A stretch of DNA of 64,000 bases from Malacoraja senta (Eukaryota): the NCBI GenBank assembly GCA_038087875.1, contig CM075995.1, forward strand, positions 10,356,001 through 10,420,000. The letters run 5' to 3'. Both the position numbers and the translations under genes were made by a program. A model generated the notes under the pieces. That model was not told the DNA's origin. It saw nothing but the letters and a program-made list of their open reading frames with translations, and did no database searches. This document shows positions 27,501 through 42,500 of this stretch, one piece after another. Positions within the stretch are counted from its first letter, which is position 1. Each line of letters opens with the position of its first letter.

Positions 27501-30500
27501 CAACACTAAATCCAGAATTGCCTTTTCTCTGGTCGGCTCCACTGCAAGCTGCTCTAAGAATCCATCTCTGAGGCACTCAACAAACTCTATTTCTTCGGGT
27601 CCTGAACCAACCTGATTCTCGCAGTCTACTTGCATATTGGAATCACCCATCACCACAGTGGCATTACCTTTGTTACATGCCAGTTTTAACTCCTGCTGCA
27701 ACTTACACCCAACATCCGGGCTACTATTTTGGGGTCTGTAGATAACACCAATTAGTGTCTTCTTGCCTTTACAATTCCTCAACTCAATCCACTGTGACTC
27801 TACCTCGTCAGTCCTTATGTCTTCCCTCGCAAGGGACTGAATCCCTCTAACTCTATCATTGACTATCCCATTTGACACCCCCCCCCCCTTATTTAGTTTT
27901 AAATCACCTGCGTCGCAGTGGCAAACCTGCCTGCCAGAATGCCGGTCCCCCACCTGTTAAGGTGCAATCCGTCCCTTTTGTACAGTTCCCATTTACTCCA
28001 AAACAGATCCCAGTGGTCTAAGAATCTTAATCCCTGCCCGAAGAAGGGTCACGTTCCGAAGCGTCACATATTCCTTTTCCCCAGAGATGCTGTCTGAACC
28101 GCAAGGCTACCAACGTATCCGGGTCGCCTTCTGTTCCAAGCCTTCTGTTCGCAAAACGAGCAAGTGGCTACGATGCGGTGGTAACGTGGGAGCCCCACAT
28201 ATCCCCGGGACCAGTCAACAGTTCACCCGCACAGGCCTGCGATAACCTTTAGCACGCTTCCTGATCCGCAGGATCGACAGATTGGCGTCTCACCTTTAAA
28301 TCTTCATAATTTCAGCTGTGGAATCGTTGATTCAGTTTCCGGGACGACATTCACCTTCAATTGCGGTGGAATTGTCGGTCGATATGTGAACATCATCATC
28401 CCAGGCCCGGATAAAATTTTGACCCTGTGCGAGGTTGAGATATTTGGTTCAGAACTCCCGTACTTACATGGAAAAGGTAGGATGAAGTTCCCGCCGAGTC
28501 TCTGGTGGTACGCTGACCCACAGCTTAGTTGAGCGATTCTCCTGCTGATAAAGTCGTAGAATATCTAACTTACTGAAACCCCGTACCGTCTCTGACAACG
28601 ATCTGCTATTTGCCATTGTTAGTTTACTTGCCAGTCTTGGACCTTCGCCTTGTCTGAACATGATTCTGTCTGTTAACGAAAACCCTGTGACACTCGGTGC
28701 ACACGCCGTCATCCATTTCGTCCGGAGACCTTATACTGATAAACACTTGCCAGGCACCAATAAAATACACATCTATTGAAACACGCTTGAAGCGTATCTC
28801 CCCGTTACCAGACCACTGCATGATCCTCCCTTGACTTGTAATGCAATGGCAATATCTAACCTGCCTCAGCGCGGTACTTGGGCTTATTTTCTATAGGTCT
28901 GTAGATATAATACTATAACACCACATAATACAATCTGTTGTTTTAATTCGACATTACCTGTTGCTCTTGCGTGTGGCTCCATTGCACTGATGTACAGTAT
29001 GATTTGATTGTATATTACTAAGTAGAATTTTCGATGCATCTCACTTCACTTCAGCACACGAATGCAGTACGAATATCAATGAAATACACTGCTGATCCAA
29101 ACCTTGATAGAAGGCCTACATTCGTCGGTATTAAATAGAAACGTAGAAAATAAGTGCAGAAGTAGGCCATCCCGCCCTTAGAGCCTATTCAATGTGATCA
29201 TGGCGGAGCATTAAAAAAACGTTTTCTGGAGGATTTCAAGAAAGATTTAAATAGAGCTCTTAAACATAGCAGAGTCAAGGGATATGGTGAGAAGGCAGGA
29301 ACTTGGTACTGAATGTGGATGATCAGCCATGATCACATTGAATGGCGGTGCAGGCTCGAAGGGCCAAATGGCCTACTTCTGCACCTATTGTCTATTATAA
29401 ATTGTCTTACAACCCCATTCCTCCTTTCCCCCCATATCCCTTGGAACCGTTATCCCTGAGAGCTATATCTAACACTTTCTTAAATACATCTTGCCGTTCG
29501 GATCAGCGAGTCGTTTCCGTCCCCACAGAAAACGTGGCGTTGGGAGCAAGGCCAACTCAGTCCAGCACGAAGGAAGGTGCAGCTGCTGCACGAGCCAATG
29601 ATGGTAACAGCGACAGCGACTTCAGGCATGGTTCATGCGCGCGCACCATGAAATCCAAGAACCCGTGGTGGAGAGTCGATCTAAAGGAAAGCTACAACGT
29701 GTCAGATGTAAGAATCACCAACAGAGCAGACTGTTGCTCGGACCAGCTCCAAGGTGCCGAGATTCGCATCGGGGATTCGCTGGAGTACGATGGCAATTTC
29801 AACAGACTGTAAGTATTCAAAAGCGATCGCCAAAACTATTCACCAAAACTATACGAATGGTTTCACTGCAGATAAAATTAAAATGCGATCTGCTGCTCCA
29901 GATGCAGAAGAGCAGTAGTCCACTTATCCAATGGCTCGAGCTTCTGCCGTATCGCTTTAGCGATGGCGGTTAATAAAAGGAGGTGCATAAATCTGTGATG
30001 GAAGTGAATTCAAGTTATCTAATATTGAACAATCGGATTGTAGTGGCAATGTTCAAGTAACCAATGCCGAGTGAAATATCATGCAGTCTCTATCCTGTCA
30101 ATGCTACCTACGCAGTGGAAGCACCTGCGGATCCTGGTTTATACAGAAGATATACACAAAAATTTGGAGTTAATCTGCGGGTCAGTCACCATTGCTGGAT
30201 AATCGCAATAGGTGATGTTTCGGGACGAGAGCTTCTTTCAGATTGTATTGAGACTGAATAAGGGTCACGACCCGAAACGTCACATATTCCTTTTCCACAG
30301 AGGGTCGGTTTCGCAAGCGTACGTGCGTATCTGGAATGTCTTCTGCTCCAAGCCATCTGTTCGGAACACGAGCAAGTGGATACAATGCCGGACATAACGT
30401 GGGAGCCACACATATCCCCTGGACCTGTTACCAGTTCACCCGCACAGGCCTGCGATAACCATTAGCACGCTTCCTAATCCGCCTCATCGACAGATTGGCG

Positions 30501-33500
30501 TCTCATCTTTAATTCCTCATAATTTCAGCTGCGGATTCGTTGATTCAGTTTCTGGGACGTCATTCACCTTCAATTGTGGAGGGTCTGTCGGTCGATATGT
30601 GAACGTCGTCATCCCAGGCACGGATAAAATGTTGACCCTATGCGAGGTTGAGATATTTGGTTCAGAACTCCCGTACTTACATGGAAAAGGTAGGCTGAGC
30701 TTTCAGCTGAGGCTCTGGTGGTTCATTGCCGCACACCTTAGTTGAGCGATTCCCCTGCTGATGACGTCGTGATACAACAATATTAGGGAAACCCCGTACC
30801 GTCTCTGCCAACGATCTGCTAGTTGCCAATGTTAGTTTAGTCGCCAGTCTTGGACCTTCGCCTTGTCCGAACATGAGCCTATCTGTTAATGAAAACCCTG
30901 TGACACTCTTTAGGTCTGTGGATATAATAATATAACACCATATTATGCAAACTATTCGTTTAATTCCACTTTACCTGTTGCACATGCGTGTGACACCCTT
31001 GCACTGGCGTGCAGTACGATTTGATTGTATATTACTTAGAAGAGCTTTCCATGCATCTCACATCACTTCACCACACGAAATCAGTACGAATATCGATAGT
31101 ATATACTGCTGATCCAAACCTTGATAGAAGGCCGATATTAGTCGGAATTAAGTAGAAACGTAGAAACTAGCAACAGGAGTAGGTCATTGCGCCCTTCGAG
31201 CCTGCACCGCCATTCAATATGATCATGGCTGATCATCCAAATGAGTACCACGTTCCTGCTTTCTCCCCATATCCGTGTAATCCGTTATCCCTGAGAGCTA
31301 TATCTAACTCTCTCTTCAATACATTTTGCCTTTCGGCTCAGTGGAACGTTTCAATCCCCACAGAAAGCGTGGCGTTGGGAGCAAGTCCGACCCAGTCCAG
31401 CACGGATGAAGGGGCAGCTGCTCAGCGAGCCAATGACGGGAATAGCGACAGCGACTTCAGGCATGGTTCATGCGCGCGCACCAGGAAATCCAAGAACCCT
31501 TGGTGGAGAGTCGATCTAAAGGAAAGCTACAACGTGTCTGATGTAAGAATCACCAACAGAGCAGACTGCTGCTCCGACCAGCTCCAAGGAGCCGAAATCC
31601 GCATCGGGGACTCGCTGGAGTACAACGGAAATGTCAACAGACTGTAAGTATTCATAAGCAATCGTCGCATGTTTTCACCTGCGATGTCTTCTTCTACAAA
31701 TTCCACTGTTACTGGAGCAATGATAATATGAGTGGGTAAAAAAGAGAGATGCTGCGAGTTACGTATAGTTTGACTGCAGATAAAATTAAAATTGTGCTCC
31801 TCCGCTCCAGTTGAGCAACACAATGACACAAAGCCGTAGTCTACTTATACAATGGCACGAAGCGCTGCCGTATCGCTTTAGTGATGGGGGTTAATAAACT
31901 GAGGAGCATACATCTGTAATTGAAGTTAATTCATGTAATATTGAGCAATCGGATTGCAGTGGCAATGTTCAAATAACCAACGCCCTCTGTATGAGCGAGA
32001 GATCATGCAGTCTCTATCCAGTCAATGCTATCTATGTGTCGGAAGGAACTGGAGATCGTGGTTTCAGCCGAAGATGGACACAAAAATCTGGAATTACTCC
32101 GCGGGTCAGACACCATTGCTGGAAAAACGAAATAGGTGACTTTTCATGTCGAGACAATCCTTCAGAGTCATAGAAAATAGGTGCAGGAGGAGGCCATTCG
32201 GCCCTTCGAGCCAGCACCGCCATTCATTGTGATCATGGCTGATCGTCCCCAATCAATAACCCGTGCCTGCCTTCTCCCCATATCCCTTGATTCCATCAGC
32301 CCCTAGAGCTTTATTTAACTCTCTCTTAAATCCTTCCAGTGATTTGGCCTCCAGTCTGGCAGGGAATTCCACAAATTCACAGCTCTCTGGGTGAAAAAGT
32401 TTTTTCTCACCTCAATCCTAAATGGCCTCCCCTTTATTCTAAGACTGTGGCCCCTGGTTCTGGACTCCCCCAACATTGGGAACATTTTTCCTGCATTTAG
32501 CCTGTCCAGTCCTCTATAATTTTATATGTTTCTATAAGGTACACTCTCATCCTTCTAACCTCCAGTGAATATAAGCCTAGTCTTTTCAATCTTTCCTCAT
32601 ATGACAGTCCCGCCATCCCAGGGATCAATCTCGTGAACCTACGCCGCACTGCCTCAATCACATAGATGTCCTTCCTCAAATTAGGAGACCAAAACTGTGC
32701 ACAATACTCCAGATGTGGTCTTACCAGAGCCCCATACACCTGCAGAGGAACCTCTCTACTCCTCTCCTGAAATCCTCTTGTAATGAAGGCCAACATTTCA
32801 TTAGGTTTCTTCACTGCCTGCTGTACCTGCATGTCAACTGTCAGTGACCGGTGTACAAGGACACCCACGTCTCGCTGTACCTCCCCCTTACCCAAACAAA
32901 CCCATTTAGATACTAATTTGACCCCCTTGCTTTTGCCAACAAAGTGGATAACCTAACATGTATCTATATTATACTGCATCTGCCACGCATCAGCCCACTC
33001 ACTCAACCTATCCAGGTCACCCTGCAACCTCCTAACATCCTCTTCACAGTTCACACTGCCACCCAGCTTTGTGTCAACCGCAAACTTGCTAATGTTGCTT
33101 CTAATTCGCTCTTCCAAATCATTAATATTTATGGTAAACTGTTGCGGCCCCAACACCGAGCCTTGCGCCACTCCACTCGCCACTGCCTGCCATTCCGAAA
33201 AGGTTCCTTTCACTCCTACTCTTTGCTTCCTGTCTGCCAACCAATTTTCTATCCATGTCAATACCCTGCCTCCAATACCATGTGCTCTAATTTTAGTCAA
33301 CAGTCTCCCGTGCGGGACCTTATCAAAGGCTTTCTGAAAGTCCAGATACACTACAACCACTGGCACCCCTTCATCCATTTTACTTGTCACATCCTCAAAA
33401 AATTTCAGAAGATTAGTCAAGCATGATTTTCCTTTCATAAATCCATGCTGACGGACTAGTCTTTTTACTGCTATCCAAATGCCCCATTATTACTTCTTTA

Positions 33501-36500
33501 ATAATTGACTCCAGCATCTTTCCCACCAGCGAAGTCAGGCTAACTGGCCTGTAATTCCTCGTTTTCTCTCTCGCTCCTTTCTTGAAAAGTGGGATAACAT
33601 TAACTATCCTCCAATCCACAGGAACTGATCCTCAATCTATTGAACATTGGAAAATGATCCCCAATACGTCCACTATTTCTAGAGCCATCTCTCTGAGGAT
33701 TCTGCGATGCACACCATCAGGCCCAGGGGATTTATCATCCTTCTGTCCCATTAGCCTACAAAATACTATTTCTCGCCCTATGAAAATTTATTTCAGTTCC
33801 TCTACCCCCTTAGATCCTCTATCGTCCAGTACTTGTGGGAGATTGTTTGTGTTTTCCTTAGTGAAGATAGATCCGAAGTACCTGTTCAACTCTTCTACCA
33901 TTTCCTTGCTCCCCATAATAACTTCACCCGTGTCTGCCTTCAAGGGACCCAGAATTGACTTTGCTATTCTTCTTCCCTTAAAATTACTAAAGAAGCTTTG
34001 ACTGTCCTTCTTTATATTCCTGGTCAGCTTCCCCTCGTACTGAATCTTTTCAGACAGTTTTGCCCGTTTTGTTGCCTTCTGTTGTCCTATGAAATGGTCC
34101 CAATCAGCTGGCTTCTGCCTACTCTTTGCTGTGTTATACTTCTTTTCTTTTAGTTTTATTCTATCCCTAACTTCTATTGTCAGCCACAGTTGCCTCCTAC
34201 TACCCTTAGAATCCTACTCCTTTTTGGAATGAAATGATTCTGCGTCTTCCGGATTATGCCCAGAAATTCCTGCCATTGCTGTTCCCACGTCATTCCTGCT
34301 AGGATCCCTTTCCAGTCTACCTTGGCCAGCTCCTCATGCCATCATAGTCCCCTTTGTTCAACTGCATCACTGACACCTCCGATTTAACCTTCTCCTTCTC
34401 AAATTGCAGAATATAACTAATCATATTATGACCACTTGCCTCCAAGCGGTTCCTTTACCTCGAGTTCTCTTATCAAATCTAGTTCATTGGACAACAATAA
34501 ATCCAGAATTGCCTTTTCTCTGGTCGGCTCCACTGCAAGCTGCTCTAAGAATTCATCTCGGAAGCACTCAACAAACTCTATTTCTTGGGGTCCTGAACCA
34601 ACCTGATTCTCCCAGTCTACTTCCATATTGAAATCACCCATCACCACAGTGGCATTATCTTTGTTACATGCCAGTTTTAACTCCTGCTGCAACTTACACT
34701 CTACATCCGGGCTACTATTTGGGGTATGTAGATAACACCAATTAGTGTCTTCTTGCCTTTGCAATTCCTCAACTAAATCCACTGTGACTCTACCTCCTCA
34801 GTCCCTACGTCTTCCCTCGCAAGAGACTGAATTCCATCCCTCACCAGCAGAGCTGCCCCCCCCTCTCTGCTCACCTGCCTGTCCTTTCTATAGGATGTAT
34901 AACCCTGAATATTAAGTTACCAGGCCCGATCCTCCTGCAGCCACCTCTCGGTAATCCCCGCTATGTCATATCTACCAACCTCTAACTGAGCCTCAATCTC
35001 ATCTACTTTACTTCTTATACTTCGCGAATTCAAATACAATAATTTAAATTCCTGTCGCATCTCACCTTTCACATCGATCCCCATTAAACTTGGCCATACT
35101 CTCCTATCCCTTTGTGAGCTTTCTTTCCCGTTAATTCTGGGGTCATTAACTATCGCTTTACTCCCTTTCCCTTTAACTCCATCCTTGACTATCCCATTTG
35201 ACAGCCCCCCCCCTTATTTAGTATAAAACCACCTGTGTCGCAGTGGCAAGCCTGCCTGTCAGAATGACGGTCCCCCACCTGTTAAGGTGCAATCCATCCC
35301 TTTTGTACAGTTCCCATTTACTCCAAAACAGATCCCAGTGGTCTAACAATCTAAATCACTGTCCGAAGACGGGTCACGACCCGAAGCGTCACATATTCAT
35401 TTTCCCCAGATATGCTGTCGGAACCGCAAGGCTACCCACGTATCCGGGTCGCCTTCTGTTCCAAACCATCTGTTCGCAAAATGAGCTATTGGATACGATG
35501 CGGTGATAACGTGGGAGCCACACATATCCCCGGGACCGGTCACCAGGCCACCCGCACAGGCCTGCGATAACCTTTAGCACGCTTCCTGATCCGCAGGATC
35601 GACAGATTGGCGTCTCACCTTTAAATCTTTATAATTTCAGCTGTGGAATCGTTGATTCAGTTTCCGGGACGACATTCACCTTCAATTGCGGTGGAATTGT
35701 CGGTCGATATGTGAACATCATCATCCCAGGCCCGGAGAAAATTTTGACCTTGTGCGAGGTTGAGATATTTGCTTCAGAACTCCCGTACTTACATGGAAAA
35801 GGTAGGATGAAGTTCCCGCCGAGGCTCTGGTGGTGCGCTGACCCACAGCTTAGTTGAGCGATTCTCCTGCTGATGAAGTCGTAGAATATCTAAAACCCCG
35901 TACCGTCTCTGACAACGATCTGCTATTTGGAATTGTTAGTTTAGTCGCCAGGCTTGGACCTTCGCCTTGTCCGAACATGAGCCTGTCTGTTAATGAAAAC
36001 ACTGTGACACTCTATAGGTCTGTAGATATAATAATATAACACCATATTATGCAAACTATTCGGTTAATTCCACTTTACCTGTTGCACTTGCGTGTGACTC
36101 CCTTGCACGGAGGTGCAGTACGAATCGTAGAAACTAGCTACAGGAGTAGGTCATTGCGCCCTTCGAGCCTGCACCGCCAGTCAATATGATCATGGCTGAT
36201 CATCCAAATGAGCGCTTTCTCCCCATATCCGTCTAATCCGTTATCCCTGAGAGCTATATCTAACTCTCTCTTAAATACATTTTGCCTTTCGGCTCAGTGG
36301 GACGTTTCCATCCCCACAGAAAACGTGGCGTTGGGAGCAAGTCCGACCCAGTCCAGCACGGATGAAGGGGCAGCTGCTGAGCGAGCCAATGACGGGAATA
36401 AAGACAGCGACTTCAGGCATGGTTCATGCTCGAGCACCAGGAAATCCAAGAACCCTTGGTGGAGAGTCGATCTAAAGGAAAGCTACAACGTGTCTGATGT

Positions 36501-39500
36501 AAGAATCACCAACCGAGCAGACTGCTGCTCGGACCAGCTCCAAGGAGCCGAAATCCGCATCGGGGTCTCGCTGGAGTACAATGGCAATTTCAACAGTCTG
36601 TAAGTATTCATGAGCAATCCCCGCAAGTATTCACCTGCGATGTCATCTTCTACAAATTCCACTGTTACTGGAGCAATGATAATATAAGTGGGTATAAAAG
36701 AGAGATGCGTATAGTTTGACTGCAGAAAAATTTCAAATTGTGCTCCTCTGCTCCAGTCTACTTATTTAATGGCACGAGGCGCTGCCGTATCGCTTCAGCG
36801 ATGGGGTTTAATAAAAGGAGGAGCATAAATCAGTAATTCATGTAATATTGAGCAATCGGATTGCAGTGGCAATGTTCAAGTAACGACGCCCTCTGTATGA
36901 GCGAGAGATCGTGCAGTCTCTATCCAGTCAATGCTACCTACGTGTCGGAAGGAACTGGAGATCCTGGTTTTAGCCGAATATGGACACAAAAATCTGGAAT
37001 TACTCCGCGGGTCAGACACCATTGCTGGAAAATCGAAATAGGTGACGTTTCGTGTCGAGGCAATCCTTCAGATTTTAGTGAGTCACAGAAAATAGGTGCA
37101 GGAGGAGGCCATTTGGCTCTTCGAGCCAGCTCCGCCATTCATTGTGATCATGGCTGATCATCCGCAATCAATAACCCGTGCCTGCCTTCTCCCCATATCC
37201 CTTGATTCCATCAGCCCCTAGAGCTCTATCTAACTCTCTCTTAAATCCTTCCAGTGATTTGGCCTCCACTGCCCTCTGTGGCAGGGAATTCCACAAATTC
37301 ACAACTCTCTGGGCGAAAAAGTTTTTTCTCACCTCAGCCCAAAATGGCCTCCCCTATATTCTAAGACTGTGGCCCCTGGTTCTGGACTCGCCCAACATTG
37401 GGAACATTTTTCCTGCCTTTAGCCGGTCCAGTCCTTTTTATAATTTTATGTTTGACTAATCTTCTTGAATTTTTTGAAGAGGTTACTCGGGAAATTGATG
37501 AGGGTAAAGCCGTGGATGTTGTATATATGGACTTCAGTAAGGCCTTTGACAAGGTTCCTCACGGAAGGTTGGTTAAGAAGGTTCAATGGTTGGGTATTAA
37601 TGGTGGAGTAGCAGTGGCTGAACGGGAGATGCCAGAGAGTAATGGTGGATGGTTGTTTGTCAGGTTGGAGGCCAGTGACTAGTGGGGTGCCACAGGGATC
37701 TGTGTTGGGTCCACTGTTGTTTGTCATGTACATCAATGATCTGGATGATGGTGTGGTAAATTGGATTAGTAAGTATGCAGATGATACTAAGATAGGTGGG
37801 GCTGTGGATAATGAAGTAGATTTTCAAAGTGTACAGAGAGATTTATGCCGGTTGGAAGAGTGGGCTGAAAGATGGCAGATGGAGTTTAATGCTGATAAGT
37901 GTGAGGTGCTACATCTTGGCAGGACAAATCAAAATAGGACGTACATGGTAAATGTTAGGGAATTGATGAATGCAGGTGAACAGAGGGAGCTTGGAATAAC
38001 TGTGCACAGTTCCCTGAAAGTGGAATCTCATGTAGATAGGGTTGTAAAGAAAGCTTTTGGTGTCCTGGCTTTTATAAATCAGAGGATTGAGTATAGAAAT
38101 TGGGATGTAATGTTAAAATTGTACAAGGCATTGGTGAGGCCAATTCTGGAGTATGGTGTACAATTTTGGTCGCCTAATCATAGGAAGGATGTCAACAAAA
38201 TAGAGAGAGTACAGAGGAGATTTACTAGAATGTTGCCTGGGTTTCAGCAACTAAGTTACAGAGAAAGGTTGAACAAGTTAGGGCTTTATTCTTTGGAGCG
38301 CACAAGGTTAAGGGGGGACTTGATAGAAGTCTTTAAAATGATGAGAGGGATAGATAGAGTTGACGTGGATAAGCTTTTCCCACTGAGAGTAGGGAAGATT
38401 CAAACAAGGGGACATGACTTGAGAATTAAGGGACAGAAGTTTAAGGGTAACATGAGGGGAAACTTCTTTACTCAGAGAGTGGTGGCTGTGTGGAATGAGC
38501 TTCCAGTGAAGGTGGTGGAGGCATGTTCGTTTTTATCATTTAAAAATAAATTGGATAGTTATATGGACGGGAAAGGAATGGAGGGTTATGGTCTGAGCGC
38601 AGGTATATGGGACTAGGGGAGAATACGTGTTCGGCACGGACTAGAAGGGTCGAGATGGCCTGTTTCCGTGCTGTAATTGTTATATTGTTATATTGTTATT
38701 GTTATATGTTTCTATAAGATTCCCCCTCATCCTTCTAAACTCCAGTGAATACAAGCCTAGTCTTTTCAATCTTTCCTCATGTGACAGTCCCGCCATCCCA
38801 GGGATCAATCTCGTGAACCTGCGCAGCACTGCCTCAATCACAAGGACGTCCTTCCTCAAATTGGGAGACCAAAACTGTACAGAATACTCCAGATGTGGTC
38901 TCACACGAGCCCCATAAAACTGCAGAAGAGCCTCTCTAGTCCTCTCCTGAAATCCTCTTGTTATGAAGGCCAACATTTCATTGGGTTTCGTCACTGCCTG
39001 CTGTACCTGCATGTCAACTTTTAGTGACCGGTGTACAAGGACACCCAGGTCTCGCTGTACCTTCCCCTTACCCAACCAAACCCATTTAGATACTATGTGT
39101 TAAAGAAGGAACTGCAGATGCTGGAAAATCGAAGGTACACAAAAATGGTGGAGAAACTCAGCGGGTGCAGCAGCATCTATTGAGCGAAGGAAATAGGCAA
39201 CGTTTCGTGCCGAAACCCTTCTTCAGACCCATTTAGATTCTAATCTCCCCCCCTTGTTTTTGCCACCAAAGTGGATAACCTAACATTTATCTATATTATA
39301 CTGCATCTGCCACGCATCTGCCCACTCACTCAACCTGTCCAGGTCACCCTGCAACTTCCAACCTCCTATCATCCTCTTCGCAGTTCACACTGCCACCCAG
39401 CTTTGTGTCAACCGCAAACTTGCTAATGTTGCTCCTAATTCCCTCTTCCAAATCATTAGTATTTATGGTAAACAGTTGGCGCCCCAACACCGAGCCTTGC

Positions 39501-42500
39501 GCCACTGCCTGACATTCCGAAAAGGTCCCTTTCACATCTACTCTTTGCTTCCTGTCTGCCAACCAATTTTCTATCCATGTCAACACCATAGCTCCAATAC
39601 CATGTGCTCTAATTTTAGTCACAGTCTCCCGAGCGGGACCTTATCAAAGGCTTTCTGAAAGTCTAGATACACTACATCCCCTGGCTCCCCTTCATCCGTT
39701 TTACTTGTCATATCCTCAAAAAATTCCAGAAGATTAGTCAAGCATGATTTTCCTTTCATAAATCCATGCCGACTTGGACTAGTCCTTTTACTGCTATCTA
39801 AATGCCCCGTTATTACTTCTTTAATAATTGACTCCAGCATGTTTCCCACCAGCCAAATCAGGCTAACTGGTCTGTAATTCCTCGTTTTCTCTGTCGCTCC
39901 TTTCTTGAAAAGTGGGATAACATTAGCTATTCTCCAATCCACAGGAACTGATCCTGAATCTATTGAACATTGGAACATGACTACCAATACGTCCACTATT
40001 CCTAGAGCCACCTCCCTGAGGATTCTGGGATGCAGACCATCAGGCCCAGGGGATTTATCATCTTTCAGTCGCATTAGCCTACCAAATACTATTTCTCGCC
40101 TTGTGAAAATGTATTTCAGTTCCTCTACCCCCATAGATCCTCTATCGTCCACTTCTTCTGGGAGATTGTGTGTGTCTCCCTTAGGGAAGACAGATCCGAA
40201 GTACCTGTTCAACTCTTCTACCATTTCCTTGTTCCCCATAATAACTTCACCCGTGTCTGCCTTCAAGGGACCCAGATTTGACTTTGCTATTCTTCTTCCC
40301 TTAACATTACTAAAGACGCTTTTACTGTCCTTCTTTATATTCATGGTCAGCTTCCCCTCGTAGTTAATCTTTGCACCAATTTGTATTGTATCCCGAGTAA
40401 GGCTTTGTATTGTATCCAGGGTAAGGCTTTGTATTGTATCCAGGGTAAGGGGGGAGAATGAGGGGAAGGGCAGTTTACTGTTCTGGATGTCAGATGTGGG
40501 AAGTCATGGAGTCTGATACCACTCCAGACGTCCACAACTGTGCCAGGTGCGTCGAGATGGGGTTCCTTAGAGAACGTGTTAGGATCCTGGAACAGCAGCT
40601 CGATGACCTCTGTCTGATCAGGGAGAGTGAGGAGTTCATAGAAAGGAGTTATAAGGAGGTGGCCACTCCAAGACCACGGGAGGCAGACAAGTGGTCACGG
40701 TTAGGAAGGGCAAGGGGCAGAGGCAGGGACTAGTGAGTATCCCGGTGGCTGTACACCTTGACAATAAGTACTCCTGTTTGAGTACTGTTGGGGGGGATAG
40801 CCTACCCGGGGGTAGCAACAGCGGCCGGGCCTCCGGTACAGAGACCGTCCATAATGCTCAGAAGGGTAGAGAAAAGAAGAGGAGGGCAATAGTAGTAGGG
40901 GACTCTATAGTTAGGGGGTCAGATAGGCGATTCTGTGGACGCAGTCAGGAGACCCGGATGATAGTTTGCCTACCTGGTGCCAGGGTCAGGGATGTGTCTG
41001 AACGCGTCCAAGATATCCTGAAATCGGAGGGAGAGGAGCCTGAGGTTGTGGTACATGTAGGTACCAATGACATAGGCAGAAAAAGAGAAGAGGTCCTGAA
41101 AGGAGAATTTAGGGAGTTGGGAGGAGACTTAAGGAGAAGGACCGCAAAGTTAACAATCTCAGGATTACTACCTGTGCCACGCGACAGTGAGACTAGGAAT
41201 GGCATGAGGTGGAGGATAAATGCGTGGCTGAGGAACTGGTGCAGCGGGCAGGGATTCAAATTGCTGGATCATTGGCACCTCTTTTGTGGAATGTCTGACC
41301 TGTACAGAAAGGACGGGTTGCACTTGAACCTGAGGGGGACCAATATCCTGGCGGGGAGATTTGCAAAGTCTACTTGGGAGTCTTTAAACTAGAACGTTTG
41401 GGGGGAGGGACTCAAATAGAGAAAGCTAGTAGAAAATGTAGGAGACAGGAGGCAGAGAAAGGAAGCACTCGGACCCAAAATATAGGGGAGAAAGAAGAAA
41501 AAGATAATAAACAGAGAATATGTGGTGGTGGGTTTCTTAAATGTGTATATTTTAATGCTAGGGCATTGTAAAAGAAAGGTGGATGAGTTCAGAGCCTGGA
41601 TTGACACCTGGAAGTCTGATGTTGTGGCGATCAGTGAAACATGGTTGCAGGAGGGCTGTGATTGGAAACTAATTATTCCAGGATTTCGTTGCTTCAGGGG
41701 TGATAGAATTGGAGGGGCAAGAGGTGGCGTGTTGCATTTCTTGTAAAGGAAGATATTACAGCAGTGCTTTGGCAGGATAGATTAGAGGGCTCGTCTAGGG
41801 GGGCTATTTGGGTGGAACTGAGAAATGGGAAAGGTGTAGCAACACTTATAGGGGTGTATTATAGACCGCCAAATGGGGAGAGAGAATTGGAAGAGCAAAT
41901 ATGTAAGGAGACAGCAGATATTAGTAGTAAGCACAAGGTGGTGATTGTGGGAGATTTCAATTTTCCACACTGCGAACCACATTCTGGCTGGATGGTTTGG
42001 AGTTTGTAAAATGTGTGCAGGACAGTTTTTTGCAGCAATACATAGAGGTACCTACTAGAGAAGGGGCAGTGCTGGACCTCCTGTTAGGAAATGAGACAGG
42101 GCAGGTGGCGGAGGTATGCGTTGGGGAGCACTTCGGGTCCAGTGATCACAATACCATTAGTTTCAATATAATTATGGAGAGGGTCAGAGCTGGACCTAGC
42201 GTTGAGATTTTTGATTGAAGAAAGGCTAACTTTGAGGAGATGCGAACGGATTTTAAAGGAGTGAATTGGGACATGTTGTTTTATGGGAAGGATGTAGAAG
42301 AGAAATGGAGGACATTTAAAGGTGAAATTTGAAGAGTACAGAATCTTTATGTCCCTGTTCGGTTGAAAGGAAATAGTAAAAATTGGAAAGAGCCATGGTT
42401 TTCAAGGGAAATTGGACACTTGTTTCGGAAAAAACAGAGAGATCTACAATAATTATAGGCGGCATGGAGTAAATGAGGTGCTTGAGGAGTATAAAGAATG

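Noticed and set aside
40380..40450. Short direct repeats resembling a CRISPR array
   Set aside because: No spacers, eukaryotic context, and they are part of a LINE 5' UTR.
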